A stretch of 25,789 nucleotides of DNA from a virus (taxonomy: Duplodnaviria; Caudoviricetes). Below the pieces are notes generated by a model. That model saw only the letters and a program-made list of their open reading frames with translations. It had not been told where the DNA came from and did no database searches. The stretch lies in the IMG/VR virus record IMGVR_UViG_3300014656_000115, positions 1 to 25,789 of that record, one strand, 5' to 3'. The translations under genes were made by a program, and so were the position numbers. Of this stretch, positions 25,086-25,789 are shown one piece after another; positions within the stretch are counted from its first letter, which is position 1; each line of letters begins with the position of its first letter.

Positions 25086-25789
25086 ATGTTGAATAAAATT
25101 AACCATACCCAAGTATCAAATGACTTTATTGATAACTGGATGAAGAAATTATCAGCTCCGGCAGCAAAAGTATTTTTAGCGATCAGCCGTAAAACTATCG
25201 GATGGCATAAGGATGTTGATGTAATAAGCCAGGGACAACTTGTTGAATTATGCGGATTATCAATAAACACGATAAAAATAGCACTAAAAGAATTAAAACA
25301 ATATAAACTAATAACAGTTAAACGCACTGGAGCCGGGAAAGGAATTAAAACATATTTTGAAATAAATTATATATCAAATCCTAATATATCAAATACTGAC
25401 ATATTAGATGCTGATTTTGTATCAGGAATTGATACATTAGACCTTGGTATTGTATCAAGAATTGATACTACAAAAGAAAGTAATATAAATAAAGAATATA
25501 AAGATACTGGTGTGATTGATACCGAGGATTACACAGAATTCAAGAAACCAAGAAAGAGAAGCAGATTTATTAAACCAACGTTTGAAGAGGTTACCGCACA
25601 CTTGAAAGAAAAAAACATAACCAACTTTACGGCCGAGGAGTTTATTGCGCATTATGAATCTAATGGCTGGATGGTTGGAAAGGTACCGATGAAAAGCTGG
25701 AAGGGGGCGGTTATAACCTGGACAAAAAACAACTTTAATAAAAACAGCCAGGAGCCGTTTGAACAAAAGTACAAAAGGTGGATGAGTAA
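25086..25789 (+). CDS. Replication initiator protein (lambda O-like N-terminus), 3' truncated
   Basis: Hand-translated open frame to the window end: HTQVSNDFID...ISRKTIGWHKDVDVISQGQL and FIKPTFEEV...FIAHYESNGWMVGKVPMKSWK; GAGG RBS. Confidence 0.85.
   Translation, partial: MLNKINHTQVSNDFIDNWMKKLSAPAAKVFLAISRKTIGWHKDVDVISQGQLVELCGLSINTIKIALKELKQYKLITVKRTGAGKGIKTYFEINYISNPNISNTDILDADFVSGIDTLDLGIVSRIDTTKESNINKEYKDTGVIDTEDYTEFKKPRKRSRFIKPTFEEVTAHLKEKNITNFTAEEFIAHYESNGWMVGKVPMKSWKGAVITWTKNNFNKNSQEPFEQKYKRWMS
25370..25469. repeat. Iteron-like palindromic repeats; putative replication origin
   Basis: TRTATCA-N5-(TGATACA-like) units at 25370, 25385, 25418 and 25451; the last three have a 33-bp period. 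Confidence 0.75.

Noticed and set aside
1-25789. Stop-codon reassignment
   Set aside because: Recognisable genes are intact under code 11 and end in TAA, TAG and TGA.

Overview
A 25.8 kb fragment of a tailed dsDNA phage or prophage with siphovirus-type organisation, read in the standard genetic code. The + strand (1-16086) carries the portal C-terminus, head genes, head-tail and tail genes, and a lysis region. The tail module includes a tail-assembly chaperone with a -1 slippery site, an ~832 aa tape measure protein, a free-standing GIY-YIG endonuclease, two fibre-like genes and a transglutaminase-like lipoprotein. The lysis region has a C39-like peptidase, holin-like genes and two membrane proteins overprinted in different frames. 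The - strand (16072-21092) is a block of small accessory genes including a DNA amino-methyltransferase. After a divergent sigma70-like promoter pair (21116-21212) come an RHH regulator, ERF and YqaJ recombination genes, Nin-like genes and a lambda-O-like replication initiator with internal iterons that runs off the window end. The two most unusual signals are (1) two promoters sharing an identical 17-bp core, each followed by a different leader with the same architecture, in which a 5' segment pairs with the loop of a terminator hairpin, and (2) a ~440 nt dual-frame membrane gene pair starting at an ATGTG double start behind one Shine-Dalgarno site, possibly a lipoprotein-free spanin. All functional calls come from motif recognition and synteny by eye; no searches or folding computations were run.
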